Shown piece after piece: positions 48,022 to 58,257 of a stretch of DNA of 64,000 bases. The stretch is taken from the NCBI GenBank assembly GCA_037310415.1, contig CP147780.1:128001-192000 (forward strand). The letters run 5' to 3'. The notes under the pieces are model-generated. The model was not told the origin of the DNA. It saw only the letters and a list, made by a program, of their open reading frames with translations, and searched no databases. The stretch's first letter is position 1. Each line of letters starts with the position of its first letter. Both the position numbers and the translations under genes were made by a program. Source of the DNA: Candidatus Atabeyarchaeum deiterrae. GTDB lineage: Archaea; Asgardarchaeota; Atabeyarchaeia; Atabeyarchaeales; Atabeyarchaeaceae.

Positions 48022-49215
48022 GTGGCGCAGCTGAATTCTGGAACAGCACCTTTCTCTTCAAGCAGTGTTTCCCAATCGATTTCTTACGCCGAATTGAGTG
48101 CTATAATCGAAAGGCTGTTCAAGATACAGCAAGGATTCGTGGATAATGTTCACGGGAGCATACCGACATTCTATATCGAGAGAGACGAAAGAACCAAGGT
48201 CAATTTCGGGAGACTGAGGGATCGTCTCGACAGCTACTCGCTCATACCAATGTTAAGAGAAGGAGAAGAGAAATCACAGTATATTCTCAGGATATTTAGC
48301 ATTAGGAATGAACTTGCCGCACAATTGCAGCAACGGAAGAAGAGAAAGATACCAGTGCAACTAATCCTTCTAGTAACAACTTTGGTAACGGTTACTATCG
48401 CTGGATACTTCATATCTGACGCATGGTTCCAATCATTTGGCGGAGGCTCACTGTGGGAAATCCTACCCGCAACTGCTGCGTATGCGGCATCATTGATGGC
48501 AATACTGACTGTGCATGAGCTTGGTCACGTTATCGTCTGCAGAGCCCGTGGGATAAAATCTACGCTACCATACTTTATTCCCGCGCCACCTTGGTTGGGA
48601 GCGGGACTCTACACACCTGGAACCTTCGGTGCCTTGATAGTCGAGAAGAGTCCGCCCACCAACAGGGACGAACTGTTCGATCTAGGAATTGCTGGACCTC
48701 TGTCTGGATTTATTGTGGCCATAATCGTGACAGTTATCGGAGTTTCGCTATCGGTCAATCTGCCCGTCACCGGACCATTAGCGGGCATTTACCCTCCTCC
48801 AATAATGTACCTAGTACTCAGTTTGTTCCCTGGGTTGGCTGTTCCTGGAACATACATTTCACTTCATCCAGTTGCTCAGGCGGGCTTCCTAGGACTCATA
48901 ATCACTTCTCTTAATCTGTTTCCTGTTAGTCAGCTGGACGGGGGACACGTCTCGAGGGCAGTGTTTGGTGTGAGAGGATATAGAAAAGCTTCTGCGGTAT
49001 CTATGATTTTGCTTCTGTTCCTCGCACTGATAAGTGTCTTCTTTCTCCCGTTCGCTATATTGATACTCTTGTTCTCATTTGCTGGGGGGCATCCAGGACC
49101 TCTAGACGATGTATCCGTGATAGGAAAAGGAAGAAAGCTCATCATGGTATTGGGATTTGTCGTACTATTTCTTTCGTTGCCAATGGAGTACCTGAAGCTC
49201 ATATTTCCATCCTAA
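48022..49215 (+). CDS. Site-2 (M50) intramembrane protease
   Basis: HELGH, IAGPLSG, NLFPVSQLDGG. Confidence 0.92.
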   Translation: MAQLNSGTAPFSSSSVSQSISYAELSAIIERLFKIQQGFVDNVHGSIPTFYIERDERTKVNFGRLRDRLDSYSLIPMLREGEEKSQYILRIFSIRNELAAQLQQRKKRKIPVQLILLVTTLVTVTIAGYFISDAWFQSFGGGSLWEILPATAAYAASLMAILTVHELGHVIVCRARGIKSTLPYFIPAPPWLGAGLYTPGTFGALIVEKSPPTNRDELFDLGIAGPLSGFIVAIIVTVIGVSLSVNLPVTGPLAGIYPPPIMYLVLSLFPGLAVPGTYISLHPVAQAGFLGLIITSLNLFPVSQLDGGHVSRAVFGVRGYRKASAVSMILLLFLALISVFFLPFAILILLFSFAGGHPGPLDDVSVIGKGRKLIMVLGFVVLFLSLPMEYLKLIFPS

Positions 49216-49356
49216 TCGCGACAGACTGACACTCCTAATTTTCTCGAATGTTTCTGTTCTCAATCGTTATTACTTGAGGATAACGCTTTTTAGTTTTCTC
49301 AGACCTTCACGTCTTATGTGTCAACAGCATGAGTTTCTCATGGAGGAGATAAGATC

Positions 49357-50046
49357 ATGGATGCATGGAAGAAGGTACTGATTGAGCTCATAGTTGAGAA
49401 GAATGGTCTGTTATTTGGTGAGTTTCAACTCAAGAGCGGCAGAATATCCCCGTATTTCTTCAATTTGGCTTACGTGGTAAGCGACGGACAGGGAATTGCC
49501 AAAGTCTCTGAGGCTTACGCGTTGGCAATGCGCGACCAGATTGGCTTGAATGCCTTCGATTATATTCACGGACCCGCATACAAGGCGATAGCCCTAGCAG
49601 GTTCGGTCGCTTTGGAGCTGTATCGGGAATTCAAGGCGAATAAAAGATGGGGATTCGACAGGAAGCAACCAAAGGAGTACGGTGTTCAGAAGGAAAAGTG
49701 GTTGGTCGGTGAGATCCGAGACAACGATCGGATCTTGATAATCGATGATACTGTTACCACAGGAGAAGCGAAGATGGAGAGCATGGAAAAAATCAATGCA
49801 TTCTCCGAGTGCAAAGGATTGAAGTTCGTAGCAACTCTTGTCATGTTGGATAGAATGGAGAAAAGTGTGCAAGGAGCCTCAGCCTCCTCTGATCTTAAAC
49901 AGAAAGGTTTGGGCCTATACTCAATAGTGAGAATTAGGGACGTGTTTGAATATCTCAAAGAAAGAAAAGTCAAAGGGAAGATCTATGTTACCAAGGAGAC
50001 TTGTGATTCATTTAACCAGTATTTCGAGAAGTACGGCGTCTCCTAG
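49357..50046 (+). CDS. pyrE: Orotate phosphoribosyltransferase
   Basis: FQLKSGRISPYFFN, GPAYK, RKQPKEYG, IIDDTVTTG. Confidence 0.93.
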   Translation: MDAWKKVLIELIVEKNGLLFGEFQLKSGRISPYFFNLAYVVSDGQGIAKVSEAYALAMRDQIGLNAFDYIHGPAYKAIALAGSVALELYREFKANKRWGFDRKQPKEYGVQKEKWLVGEIRDNDRILIIDDTVTTGEAKMESMEKINAFSECKGLKFVATLVMLDRMEKSVQGASASSDLKQKGLGLYSIVRIRDVFEYLKERKVKGKIYVTKETCDSFNQYFEKYGVS

Positions 50047-50231
50047 TCTTCAGCTGACGACATAGGCAAAATGACTTGTTTGTGAACGGTTACCTTACAT
50101 AGGGGCGGAAGACATTTCTGGATATACGAACTCCCCTGATGGCTTGGAGTCATTAACCTTAATAGTGTATTAAACAGAAAGATAATTGAGTGGCATCAGA
50201 TATTCTTATGGGTTTAAAGGGCTGAGAGTCA

Positions 50232-50783
50232 ATGGCATACGACTATCTGTTCAAAGTGATTGCTGTCGGTGATGGAGCAGTCGGAAAGACTAGCATCACC
50301 CTTCGTTTCAGCACAGGAACCTTCAGAGACTCATATATCATGACTATTGGAGTAGACTTTGCGGTAAAGACGATTAATGCGGCTACTTCAGATGGTACGA
50401 AGAATGTGAAGCTGCAGATCTGGGATACAGGTGGGCAGGAAAGGTTCTCTTATGTTCGTCCTCTCTACTATAAGGGAGCGATGGGGGGAATAGTCGTCTT
50501 CGATGTCACTCAGCCAGAGAGTTTTGAGAACGTTCCAAAATGGTTTGAAGAGGTCAGGAAAAACCGGGGCAACATCCCTTTGGTCTTGGTCGGAAACAAA
50601 GTCGACCTTCCCGATCGCAGGATCTCTTCCGAGCAAGCGATCGCAATGGCTGAGAAATACTGCCCAAGGAACCCCAGGTACTTCGAGGCAAGCGCCAAGA
50701 CGGGTGAAAGCGTACAAACAATATTCCTTGAACTATCAAAGATCATGGTAGATTACGCGAAGCAAGTTGAAACAGAAGGATAG
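50232..50783 (+). CDS. Rab-like small GTPase
   Basis: GDGAVGKT, TIGVDF, KLQIWDTGGQERF, YYKGA, GNKVD, EASAK. Confidence 0.95.
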   Translation: MAYDYLFKVIAVGDGAVGKTSITLRFSTGTFRDSYIMTIGVDFAVKTINAATSDGTKNVKLQIWDTGGQERFSYVRPLYYKGAMGGIVVFDVTQPESFENVPKWFEEVRKNRGNIPLVLVGNKVDLPDRRISSEQAIAMAEKYCPRNPRYFEASAKTGESVQTIFLELSKIMVDYAKQVETEG

Positions 50784-50916
50784 CAGAAATCAGCGACTAT
50801 TGGCGGTCACTTGTTAGTCATACATGACTTGCTTGGCTCAATGAATACATCAAACTTAATTGGCCTTGAGCAATGTCGTCTCAGCTTCTGTGATTGTCAC
50901 GGAAAGGCTGGATCAC

Positions 50917-51684
50917 ATGGTCGTATCAGATGGTTACTGTGGCTTTTCTGTTTCTGGTGGAATGAGAAGCTACTATGGGAGATTCGGTTTAGTAGAGATT
51001 CAAAGTACGTTCTACAATGTCCCTCGCCTCGAAACTATTGAAAAGTTGAGAACTGACGCGCCAAACATTTTCGAGTTTGCGCCAAAGATGTTCCAAGGAA
51101 CAACGCATCCGACCTCAAGCCTGACATGGAGAAGGTTTCGAGGAAAACTTTTCAACGTGCACAAAGACAGCGAGAAATACGGGTTCCTGAGACCAACTGA
51201 TGAAGTACTTGACTGTTGGAACATGATGACAGAAATCTGCACAAGACTGAAATCTCAGGTGACATTGATACAGACCCACCCAGCTCCAACTGCTCCCAAA
51301 CCAACATCAAGAACATGGACTCGCTGTTGACGACCGCAGATAGAAAGAAGATTGTTATCTGTTGGGAACCTCGAGGAGGCTGGGATGAGAATCCTGACAA
51401 GATAAGAAAGCATCCGCTCCAAGCTCGACTTGCTTCACGTTATAGACATAATGAAAAGGGAACCACTTTCCTCACATGAGGTGAGTTATCTGAGGTTACA
51501 TGGACTTAACCCTCGTGAGTTTGACCATAGGTATGAGTACAATGATGAGGAACTGCTCGACTTTAGAGAAAAGGTTCTTAAAATCGATGAGAATAGTAGG
51601 AAGGTATACATTCTGTTCAACAATACCAATATGGCTACTGATGCCAGTCGGTTCAAGAAGATGATCCTTCCGGCAAGCAAATAG
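50917..51684 (+). pseudogene. DUF72 family gene broken by two frameshifts
   Basis: VEIQSTFY..K..Q..TH in one frame, PPS..WEPRG in a second, YLRLHG..YILFNN in a third; shifts near 51275 and 51408. Confidence 0.85.
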
Positions 51685-51783
51685 AGAAAGACGAAAATGA
51701 CTCAGAAGCACCAACATATTGACCACTCTCATGGCACTGTGATCTTTGTCTGATACACTGAGCAAATGAGGTGAATCAGTTAC

Positions 51784-53514
51784 TTGAGCAAAAAGGCGAA
51801 GGGCGGAGCACTGCCACATTTGATAAGAAGACATGCTTTGATAAACGCAGTCAAACATGAGGGGAAAGCGGACATAAAGACAGTGATAGGTCGAGTTATG
51901 GCTGACGCTCCGGAGGCAAGAAGTAAGATCACCGAAGTGAACAGGCTGGCTAGCGAGATCGTGTCAGAAGTCAACACGCTTTCGCTCGATGCACAAAAAG
52001 AAATGGTTGAGAGGATAGCTCCAGAGTATCTAGCCGATCGGAAGAAGGCTGGAAAGAAGGAATTACCGCCATTACCTGAAGCAGTTGAAGGAAAGGTTGT
52101 TACAAGGCTGGCTCCAGAGCCCAACGGCTACATGCATCTCGGACACGCAATGTCGTTCTTCTTCAACTATCTGTACGCTGAGAGGTACAAAGGGATACTG
52201 TGGCTGCGCTTTGAAGATACGAATCCCAGAAAAGAGAAGGCTGAATACTACGATGCGATCAGGGAAGACATCTCTTGGCTGGGAATAAAATGGAACAAGG
52301 AGAAAAGCAACTCAGATGACATGCTAACTTTCTACGAGTACGCCAAGAGGCTGCTTGAACAAGGGAAAGCCTATGTTTGCTCCTGCCCCTTGGAGGAGAC
52401 AAGAAAGAATAGGGCTACTGGCGAGATATGTCCTCACAGAGACAGTCCGCCTGAGAATAACCTCAGGCTATGGGAAGGAATGCTAGATAATAAGTTCAAG
52501 GAGGGCGAAGTGGTGTGGAGAGTCAAAGGGGACATGCGGAGCATGAACTACGTGATGCGTGACCCAACACTTTTCAGGATAGTAGACTCTCCTCACGCCT
52601 TCAAGGGTTCCAAGTACGTGGTGTGGCCGACATACGACTTCGCCGTCGCCGTTCAGGATAGCTTATGTGGAGTAACGCATGTCCTAAGAAGCAATGAGTT
52701 CGCTCCTCGAGGCGAACTACAGAACTACATTAGAAAGCTACTTCGTTTGAAAGACCCAATAATAATAGAGTACAGCCGATTCAACTTCGAAGGTACGCCA
52801 ACTGGAAAAAGGCTGATCAGACCGCTCATCGAAAATGGAACTGTCTCTGGGTGGGATGACATAAGACTATCTACAATCAGAGGGATTAGACGCCGAGGGA
52901 TCATTCCAAAAGCGATTGAGGAGTTCACTGTCCAAGTTGGGATCAGCCATGCCCAACCAGTCTTTTCGTGGGAACTGCTCCTTAGCTTGAATCGAAAAAT
53001 ATTGGATCCTCTGGCCAAGAGATACTTCTTTGTCAAAGACCCATTTAGACTAAATGTCGAAGACGCTCCGAGACTTTCAGTAAAACTCAAGCATCATCCT
53101 GAAGCTGACCTCGGATACAGGGAAATTGAGACACGGAGTGTATTCTTCATATCTCGCAATGACTTGCCGAAAATCAATGACCTAATGAGACTAAAAGATC
53201 TCTACAATGTGAAGATAACAGAATTGAGTGACGATGGAATTATCGGCAGATTTGCAGGCAGAGAGATGCAGGAAGGAATTACTAAGGTTCAGTGGACCAC
53301 CGACCAGCACATCGATGTTGAGGTTCTGGTTCCTGATCTCCTTTACAGGGGAAACTCCCTCAACGAAAACAGCTTAACAACCGCCAAGGGTTACGGCGAA
53401 GCCGCATGCAGAAACCTAGAAGTCGGCGATCACATCCAGTTCGAAAGATTCGGCTTCTGCAGAATTGATCAAAAGACTCAGAATAGCGTAATCGCATGTT
53501 TTTCTCACAAATAG
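51784..53514 (+). CDS. gltX: Glutamyl-tRNA synthetase (archaeal type)
   Basis: APEPNGYMHLGH, RFEDTNP, WPTYDF, GWDD, QFERFGF. Confidence 0.95.
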   Translation: MSKKAKGGALPHLIRRHALINAVKHEGKADIKTVIGRVMADAPEARSKITEVNRLASEIVSEVNTLSLDAQKEMVERIAPEYLADRKKAGKKELPPLPEAVEGKVVTRLAPEPNGYMHLGHAMSFFFNYLYAERYKGILWLRFEDTNPRKEKAEYYDAIREDISWLGIKWNKEKSNSDDMLTFYEYAKRLLEQGKAYVCSCPLEETRKNRATGEICPHRDSPPENNLRLWEGMLDNKFKEGEVVWRVKGDMRSMNYVMRDPTLFRIVDSPHAFKGSKYVVWPTYDFAVAVQDSLCGVTHVLRSNEFAPRGELQNYIRKLLRLKDPIIIEYSRFNFEGTPTGKRLIRPLIENGTVSGWDDIRLSTIRGIRRRGIIPKAIEEFTVQVGISHAQPVFSWELLLSLNRKILDPLAKRYFFVKDPFRLNVEDAPRLSVKLKHHPEADLGYREIETRSVFFISRNDLPKINDLMRLKDLYNVKITELSDDGIIGRFAGREMQEGITKVQWTTDQHIDVEVLVPDLLYRGNSLNENSLTTAKGYGEAACRNLEVGDHIQFERFGFCRIDQKTQNSVIACFSHK

Positions 53515-53730
53515 TCGACGAGAAAACCTGTCATCTAGCACTACGTGATTTGATTTGAGAGAGAAAATGTGGGGTCTCATCGCCATCTCGGGAGAGGGAG
53601 GAGGGCGAGGAAGAGGGAATAATTGACCCGAAAAAACTTTTCTGGCTCTACCCCCACATAATAAGATTCTGCCATAGAAGCAATATAAACATTTACCCAA
53701 AAGAAGGGGAGTTTTATAAAGGCCATCACA

Positions 53731-53773
53731 CTTTCTTGCGATTACCGCAGATCTTTGCGAAGATCACAAGAAA
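53731..53773 (-). terminator. Hairpin just past the stop of the convergent gene, possible terminator
   Basis: TTTCTTGCGAT...ATCACAAGAAA with an alternative inner stem GATCT-ttgcga-AGATC, followed by a pyrimidine tract on the minus strand. Confidence 0.3.
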
Positions 53774-54385
53774 TCAATAACGATTGGCTCTATGTCTGCC
53801 TCTCAAAACCTGCCCACAGTTGGAGCAGATCTTAGGGTTCGATTCAAATTCGAAGCCGCATTTGGGGCATCTACTGGGCTTTTCCATAACGGATCCGGAA
53901 GGCAAATCGCCCGCGGTTCGTTCAGCTGTCAATTCTGCCCTAATAGCGCCGCCCAAGGCTCCTGCGAGACCCATAATAAAACCGCATTCAGTTCCGATCC
54001 AGACTTTTTCCAAGATTATGCTGAGTCCACCTGCAGCTAGGATTCCGGGAAAATAGGTTCTTGTAATGTAGAGAGAAAGCAATGAGACTATTATGCCAGT
54101 GGCTATGCCTGCAAAAAGACCATCTCCCCAGCTCTTGAGGAGTAGCAAGGACAAGAGAAAAGTTGCCGGCAAAGCGACTATTAGAAAGCTGGCTGAGAGC
54201 GGAGCATGTAGAAAGATTTCTATGAAAGCAAGAACGTACGCCCGTTCTCCTTGGCTTTGATATGTTTGAAGCAGTTCTTGGTATTGAGCAGACAAGAAAA
54301 AGTAGGATAGTACAGCTAGCAACAGTATTAAGAGGATAGAAGCGCCAATTGAACGAGTCTTGTGAACTGGCAATTCTATGAACAC
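53774..54385 (-). CDS. Membrane protein with C-terminal double zinc ribbon
   Basis: About 4 TM segments, CPKCG...CSNCG. Confidence 0.8.
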   Translation of the reverse strand: MFIELPVHKTRSIGASILLILLLAVLSYFFLSAQYQELLQTYQSQGERAYVLAFIEIFLHAPLSASFLIVALPATFLLSLLLLKSWGDGLFAGIATGIIVSLLSLYITRTYFPGILAAGGLSIILEKVWIGTECGFIMGLAGALGGAIRAELTAERTAGDLPSGSVMEKPSRCPKCGFEFESNPKICSNCGQVLRGRHRANRY

Positions 54386-54458
54386 TACCTAGTAGGAGAG
54401 TTGTGCCGACGCTGCCTCTTATTCATCTTCCTTCGGATTAATGTTACTGTCTGGAAGA

Positions 54459-54983
54459 CTACTCTCTCTTGGGACTTAATGCTCCTCCAAGTGCTCCTCC
54501 TGCTCCGGAAGCAATTACAGCCTGCAGCGCCCGAAATGACGTGAGGAACAAGAGGTACCTGATTGGATCACTTGGGATTTGGATACCAACTGTCGGAAGC
54601 GTGACCCCGATCTGGGGGGAGACCAATGCAATAAGCCAACCAATGATTATGCATATTAAGGCAGCAAGAATGCCAAGAGTGAAACCTTTGGCAACGTGCC
54701 TCGAGAGCAGACCCACAGTTATGCCACATATTAGCCACGGTAGTATAGCAAGGACTATGAACTGAATCAATGAAAGCGCTGACTGGGTGTCTAGCAGGAT
54801 GTTATTTATCAGGAACCAGACCTTGGCCACCCAGGTATATTGAGTGCTGGAGAGAATGCTGACGTAGTTAGTTGTAGCTATGTCTCCGGGCAGTTCACCA
54901 TAGATCAACAGACCCCAAGTTATCCCAAGACACACAGCGAAGCCAACGATGCTACTCACAACTGCACTGCCTTTTGATGCCAA
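54459..54983 (-). CDS. Membrane protein (about 4 TM)
   Basis: Hydrophobic segments; ends in a GALGGA helix like the neighbouring gene; GGAGGT RBS. Confidence 0.75.
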   Translation of the reverse strand: MASKGSAVVSSIVGFAVCLGITWGLLIYGELPGDIATTNYVSILSSTQYTWVAKVWFLINNILLDTQSALSLIQFIVLAILPWLICGITVGLLSRHVAKGFTLGILAALICIIIGWLIALVSPQIGVTLPTVGIQIPSDPIRYLLFLTSFRALQAVIASGAGGALGGALSPKRE

Positions 54984-55045
54984 TAATGAAACCTCCAGCG
55001 AAGATGTGCTGCACGAGGGGGAATGAGATTGCTCTGTGGGTACGT

Positions 55046-56407
55046 CTATATCATCGCTAGTTCTTTAACTTCACTGTAGATCGACTCAACCTTTCTTTGC
55101 CAAGTTGCCAACTTCGCTAAACTCTTTGGGTATGCACTGTAGAGACTTTTCATTTCGCGCATTTTCTTAGAAACGACGTTGAGTTTCTTCAATAATGATA
55201 TTTTTCCTCTTCCTCTGAACAGTCGCTTAGCTTTCTCGCTGACGGAGAGTTTTAGCTCGGCGCCCATGCTCGTTTTGAGAACGTCTTCTTCGGTGATTAT
55301 CTTATTCTTCAGTCCGTAGTTCAAGTCTTCATTTGTCAAGCTCTGAAGAAGTATTCTGAATATGTCAAGGGAAGGCTGCTTGTAGCCGTAAGCATTGATG
55401 AAATCTATATTATACTTCCACAGTGATCGATAGCTATAGTCCTCTTTCTCAAGCGACTTGACCGAGACAGCCCCAGCTAGGTCCCCAGCAATCATCGAAG
55501 AGTGAATCCCGCCTCCGTGAAGAGGATTAACTTGGCAGGCTGAGTCCCCAACAAGTATGAAGCCATTTGCTACAGACGACCAAAGCGGCCGCCTGGTTGG
55601 GACAACTCCGCCTCCTCCTGTAAGCAACTTTGAATCCTTGAACATCTTCTTCTTCAGAACACTTTCATATAGGAGATTCTTCGGGTTTGGATGTCCCTTG
55701 ATCATTCGGACACCTAGACCCACGTTAACATTGTTCCCAGCTTCTGGGAAAAACCAAATGTAACCTCCAGGAGCCTTCTCCTGTTCCAAGTAGATCCTGC
55801 AACAGTCAGCTGGGTCCAGTTGCTCCTTGACGACTCGAATCTCCCGATAACAGATTTCTACATCCTCAGGGCTGACTTCAGTCTCTATTCCGTACTTCTC
55901 CGCAAAGGGCAAAGACTTTCTCAGAGCTGCATAGTACCCGCTTGCATCAATTACGATGTTACCGTAATATTCCACGGTCTCAGAAGAGTCCAAGCTCTTG
56001 GTCCTCACTCCCTGTACCATCTCGCCTTTTGTTATGGGTGCTTGAGCGAGCGTCTTGTCAACCAGACTTGCACCTGCGTCCACAGCTTCATTAACTAGTC
56101 TTTGTCCAAAACTCGATCTGTCAATCGTGAAGCCTTCACCCATTATACGCATGCGTGATTCCTCATCCGGAGAGTAGAGATCAAACCCGTTTATTGGCCG
56201 CTCTAGTTCTTCTCCACTTGGGTACTTCAGTTTCAATTTGTCGAAAGCTTCCTTGGAGACACCGTCCCCACATACTTTTGTACCTATTTCTTTGCGGGGT
56301 TTGCTGTCAATGAGCACAACCTTGTAGCCAGCCTTAGCTATGCGCTTAGCTGCAAGCGTACCTCCTGTACCAGCGCCCACAATTAGGACGTCATATTTCT
56401 CAGTCAA
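55046..56407 (-). CDS. Geranylgeranyl reductase-family flavoprotein
   Basis: VGAGTGG, KVCGDG, PGGYIWFFP, GDSACQVNPLHGGGI. Confidence 0.92.
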   Translation of the reverse strand: MTEKYDVLIVGAGTGGTLAAKRIAKAGYKVVLIDSKPRKEIGTKVCGDGVSKEAFDKLKLKYPSGEELERPINGFDLYSPDEESRMRIMGEGFTIDRSSFGQRLVNEAVDAGASLVDKTLAQAPITKGEMVQGVRTKSLDSSETVEYYGNIVIDASGYYAALRKSLPFAEKYGIETEVSPEDVEICYREIRVVKEQLDPADCCRIYLEQEKAPGGYIWFFPEAGNNVNVGLGVRMIKGHPNPKNLLYESVLKKKMFKDSKLLTGGGGVVPTRRPLWSSVANGFILVGDSACQVNPLHGGGIHSSMIAGDLAGAVSVKSLEKEDYSYRSLWKYNIDFINAYGYKQPSLDIFRILLQSLTNEDLNYGLKNKIITEEDVLKTSMGAELKLSVSEKAKRLFRGRGKISLLKKLNVVSKKMREMKSLYSAYPKSLAKLATWQRKVESIYSEVKELAMI

Positions 56408-56739
56408 GGTAATAACGCCTCTGGAGATGAGTCACCTAATGATTATTGTTAATATATATTTCCATACTTGTCATAATCGGGCTTACGAAGCTCTTGGAAG
56501 GTCGATCGGATCCATTTTGTATCGGTTGACACCCAATGAGGTAGATTCCGCAGATAATGTCTTGGATATCATTAAACCATCGATTGACATTTCTATCAGC
56601 CAAGCCAGCGAGTATTGCCTAAGAGAAGGCAAGATTTGGAAGATCTGCCCGAGAAACTTCGAGAATGAAATAGAAAGATATTTCAGTGTATGGGACGTTT
56701 TCAAGACAGAGTTCTTACGGAAGTCGGAGGTCCTAAACA

Positions 56740-57684
56740 ATGAAGTTAAAGTGCGCTGTCATAGGGGCCGGATGGTTCGGCAGAGCTCATTGCCGGGTCT
56801 ACAGAGATTTGGATAATGCGCAGCTGACGTCCATAGCTGACCCTGATTATTCACGGGCGATGGAAGTCTCCAGTCTGTACGGGTGCAAAGCATATGCTGA
56901 TTTTCATGAGATGCTAGAGAAGGAGAAACTTGACGCCGTAAGTGTCGTCGTGTCTCCTCAAAACTTGTCCAAGGTGGCATCAGAGGCTGTTGAATTTGAC
57001 ATCAAGGCAGTTCTAGTTGAAAAACCTGTGGCCATCAACCCAACAGAGCTTGCGGAGCTCTCGCGCAAGAGCAAGAAGAATGATGTTCCAGTGATGCCAG
57101 GATTCATTGAGCTCTTCAACCCATCCATCCAAAGAATTGAAGAGATGATCCGAAAGAATGGGGAAATCGGGCAACCCTATGTGGCAAGTTCAAAGAGGAT
57201 TGGCAGGAATCCGAAAAGAGGATGGGAAATAGGAGTATTGCTGGATCTTGGTATCCATGAGATCTATGTTCTGCGGAGACTTTTCGGAGCACCTAGAAGA
57301 ATATTCTGCCAGACCAGAAGCTTTGCTGGCGGCAAAACTGAGGACATGGCAAACATACTACTGGAATTCCAAAATGGTGTACTGGGAATGATCGAAACCA
57401 ATTGGCTTACACCCATAGGCATTAGAAACATGATTGTAACAGGTTCTGAAGGGAGTATAGAAACTGATTATGTAACGCAAGAAGTAAGGATAATCAAGAA
57501 AGACCAGACCATTAAACCGCATTCGGTCTTCGAAGAGCCATTGAAACGTGAATTGATGGCGTTTCTCGAAAGTGTGGAGAAAGGTGATGCGCCCCCTGTT
57601 AATCTGAATGACGCCGAAGAGACTCTAAAAATCGCCTCTGCAGCCCTCAGTTCCTCGAAGAAGATGGAAACCATCACAATGTAG
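56740..57684 (+). CDS. Gfo/Idh/MocA family oxidoreductase
   Basis: GAGWFG, LVEKP, FNP, DLGIHE, NWLTP. Confidence 0.92.
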   Translation: MKLKCAVIGAGWFGRAHCRVYRDLDNAQLTSIADPDYSRAMEVSSLYGCKAYADFHEMLEKEKLDAVSVVVSPQNLSKVASEAVEFDIKAVLVEKPVAINPTELAELSRKSKKNDVPVMPGFIELFNPSIQRIEEMIRKNGEIGQPYVASSKRIGRNPKRGWEIGVLLDLGIHEIYVLRRLFGAPRRIFCQTRSFAGGKTEDMANILLEFQNGVLGMIETNWLTPIGIRNMIVTGSEGSIETDYVTQEVRIIKKDQTIKPHSVFEEPLKRELMAFLESVEKGDAPPVNLNDAEETLKIASAALSSSKKMETITM

Positions 57685-57845
57685 TTTGATATCCACCCGA
57701 GCAGAGCATTTGCTTCAATCAACTCCCGAAGGTAGAGGGTGTTGAGTGCTCAAATCGCTTAGTTCATAGCTGCTAAAGAATTTGTCACTTCACAAAATCT
57801 TATATTTGGATGGCGTATATCGTATGTAGGAGGTAGAAATCTCCT

Positions 57846-58058
57846 GTGCTTATCGACGAGAATGACATCCCTCCATCAGCCCGAAAAGTATTCAGAATTC
57901 TGCAAAACAGTGGCCCACTTACACCTAAAGCAATCTCGAATCAGACGACTTTCTCATCACGAACGGTGAGGTATGCACTGAAGATACTTCTGAAGCTTGG
58001 GCTGATAAAGAAACTTCCGAATCTAGAGGATGCAAGGCAGTTTATCTACAAGACTTAG
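57846..58058 (+). CDS. Small winged-helix DNA-binding protein
   Basis: PPSARKVFRIL..GPLT..RTVRYALKIL..GLI..DARQ. Confidence 0.85.
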   Translation: MLIDENDIPPSARKVFRILQNSGPLTPKAISNQTTFSSRTVRYALKILLKLGLIKKLPNLEDARQFIYKT

Positions 58059-58179
58059 AGGCTTTCTGGCTCTAATTTTCTTATTTTCTGACGACCGTCC
58101 TGATTCTCATAGCGCTCCCCCATAAATGGGATTTGAGACAGATCAACGCTTTTATATTTCATAGTCAGATTTAGTAGTT

Positions 58180-58199
58180 ATAAGATATTACAATCTTAT
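58180..58199. promoter_or_regulatory. Inverted repeat downstream of the TATA box of the frhB-like gene
   Basis: ATAAGAT-N6-ATCTTAT, about 25 nt after AACGCTTTTATAT (58145-58157). Confidence 0.4.
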
Positions 58200-58257
58200 C
58201 TCAGCCAAATGGGAATGATAATCCACTATCTGAGAGATTTCGCATGAGGGAACTCAA

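Noticed and set aside
21328-53714. Repeated AGAAGGGGAGTTT (near 21328 and 53702) as ORB elements or mobile-element ends
   Set aside because: Only 13 bp, lacks the ORB core palindrome, no cdc6 or transposase nearby; similar purine tracts occur in several intergenic regions
56340-56816. ORFs on both strands between the geranylgeranyl reductase and Gfo/Idh/MocA genes
   Set aside because: They overlap the neighbours or look like shadows; possibly a gene remnant but not supportable
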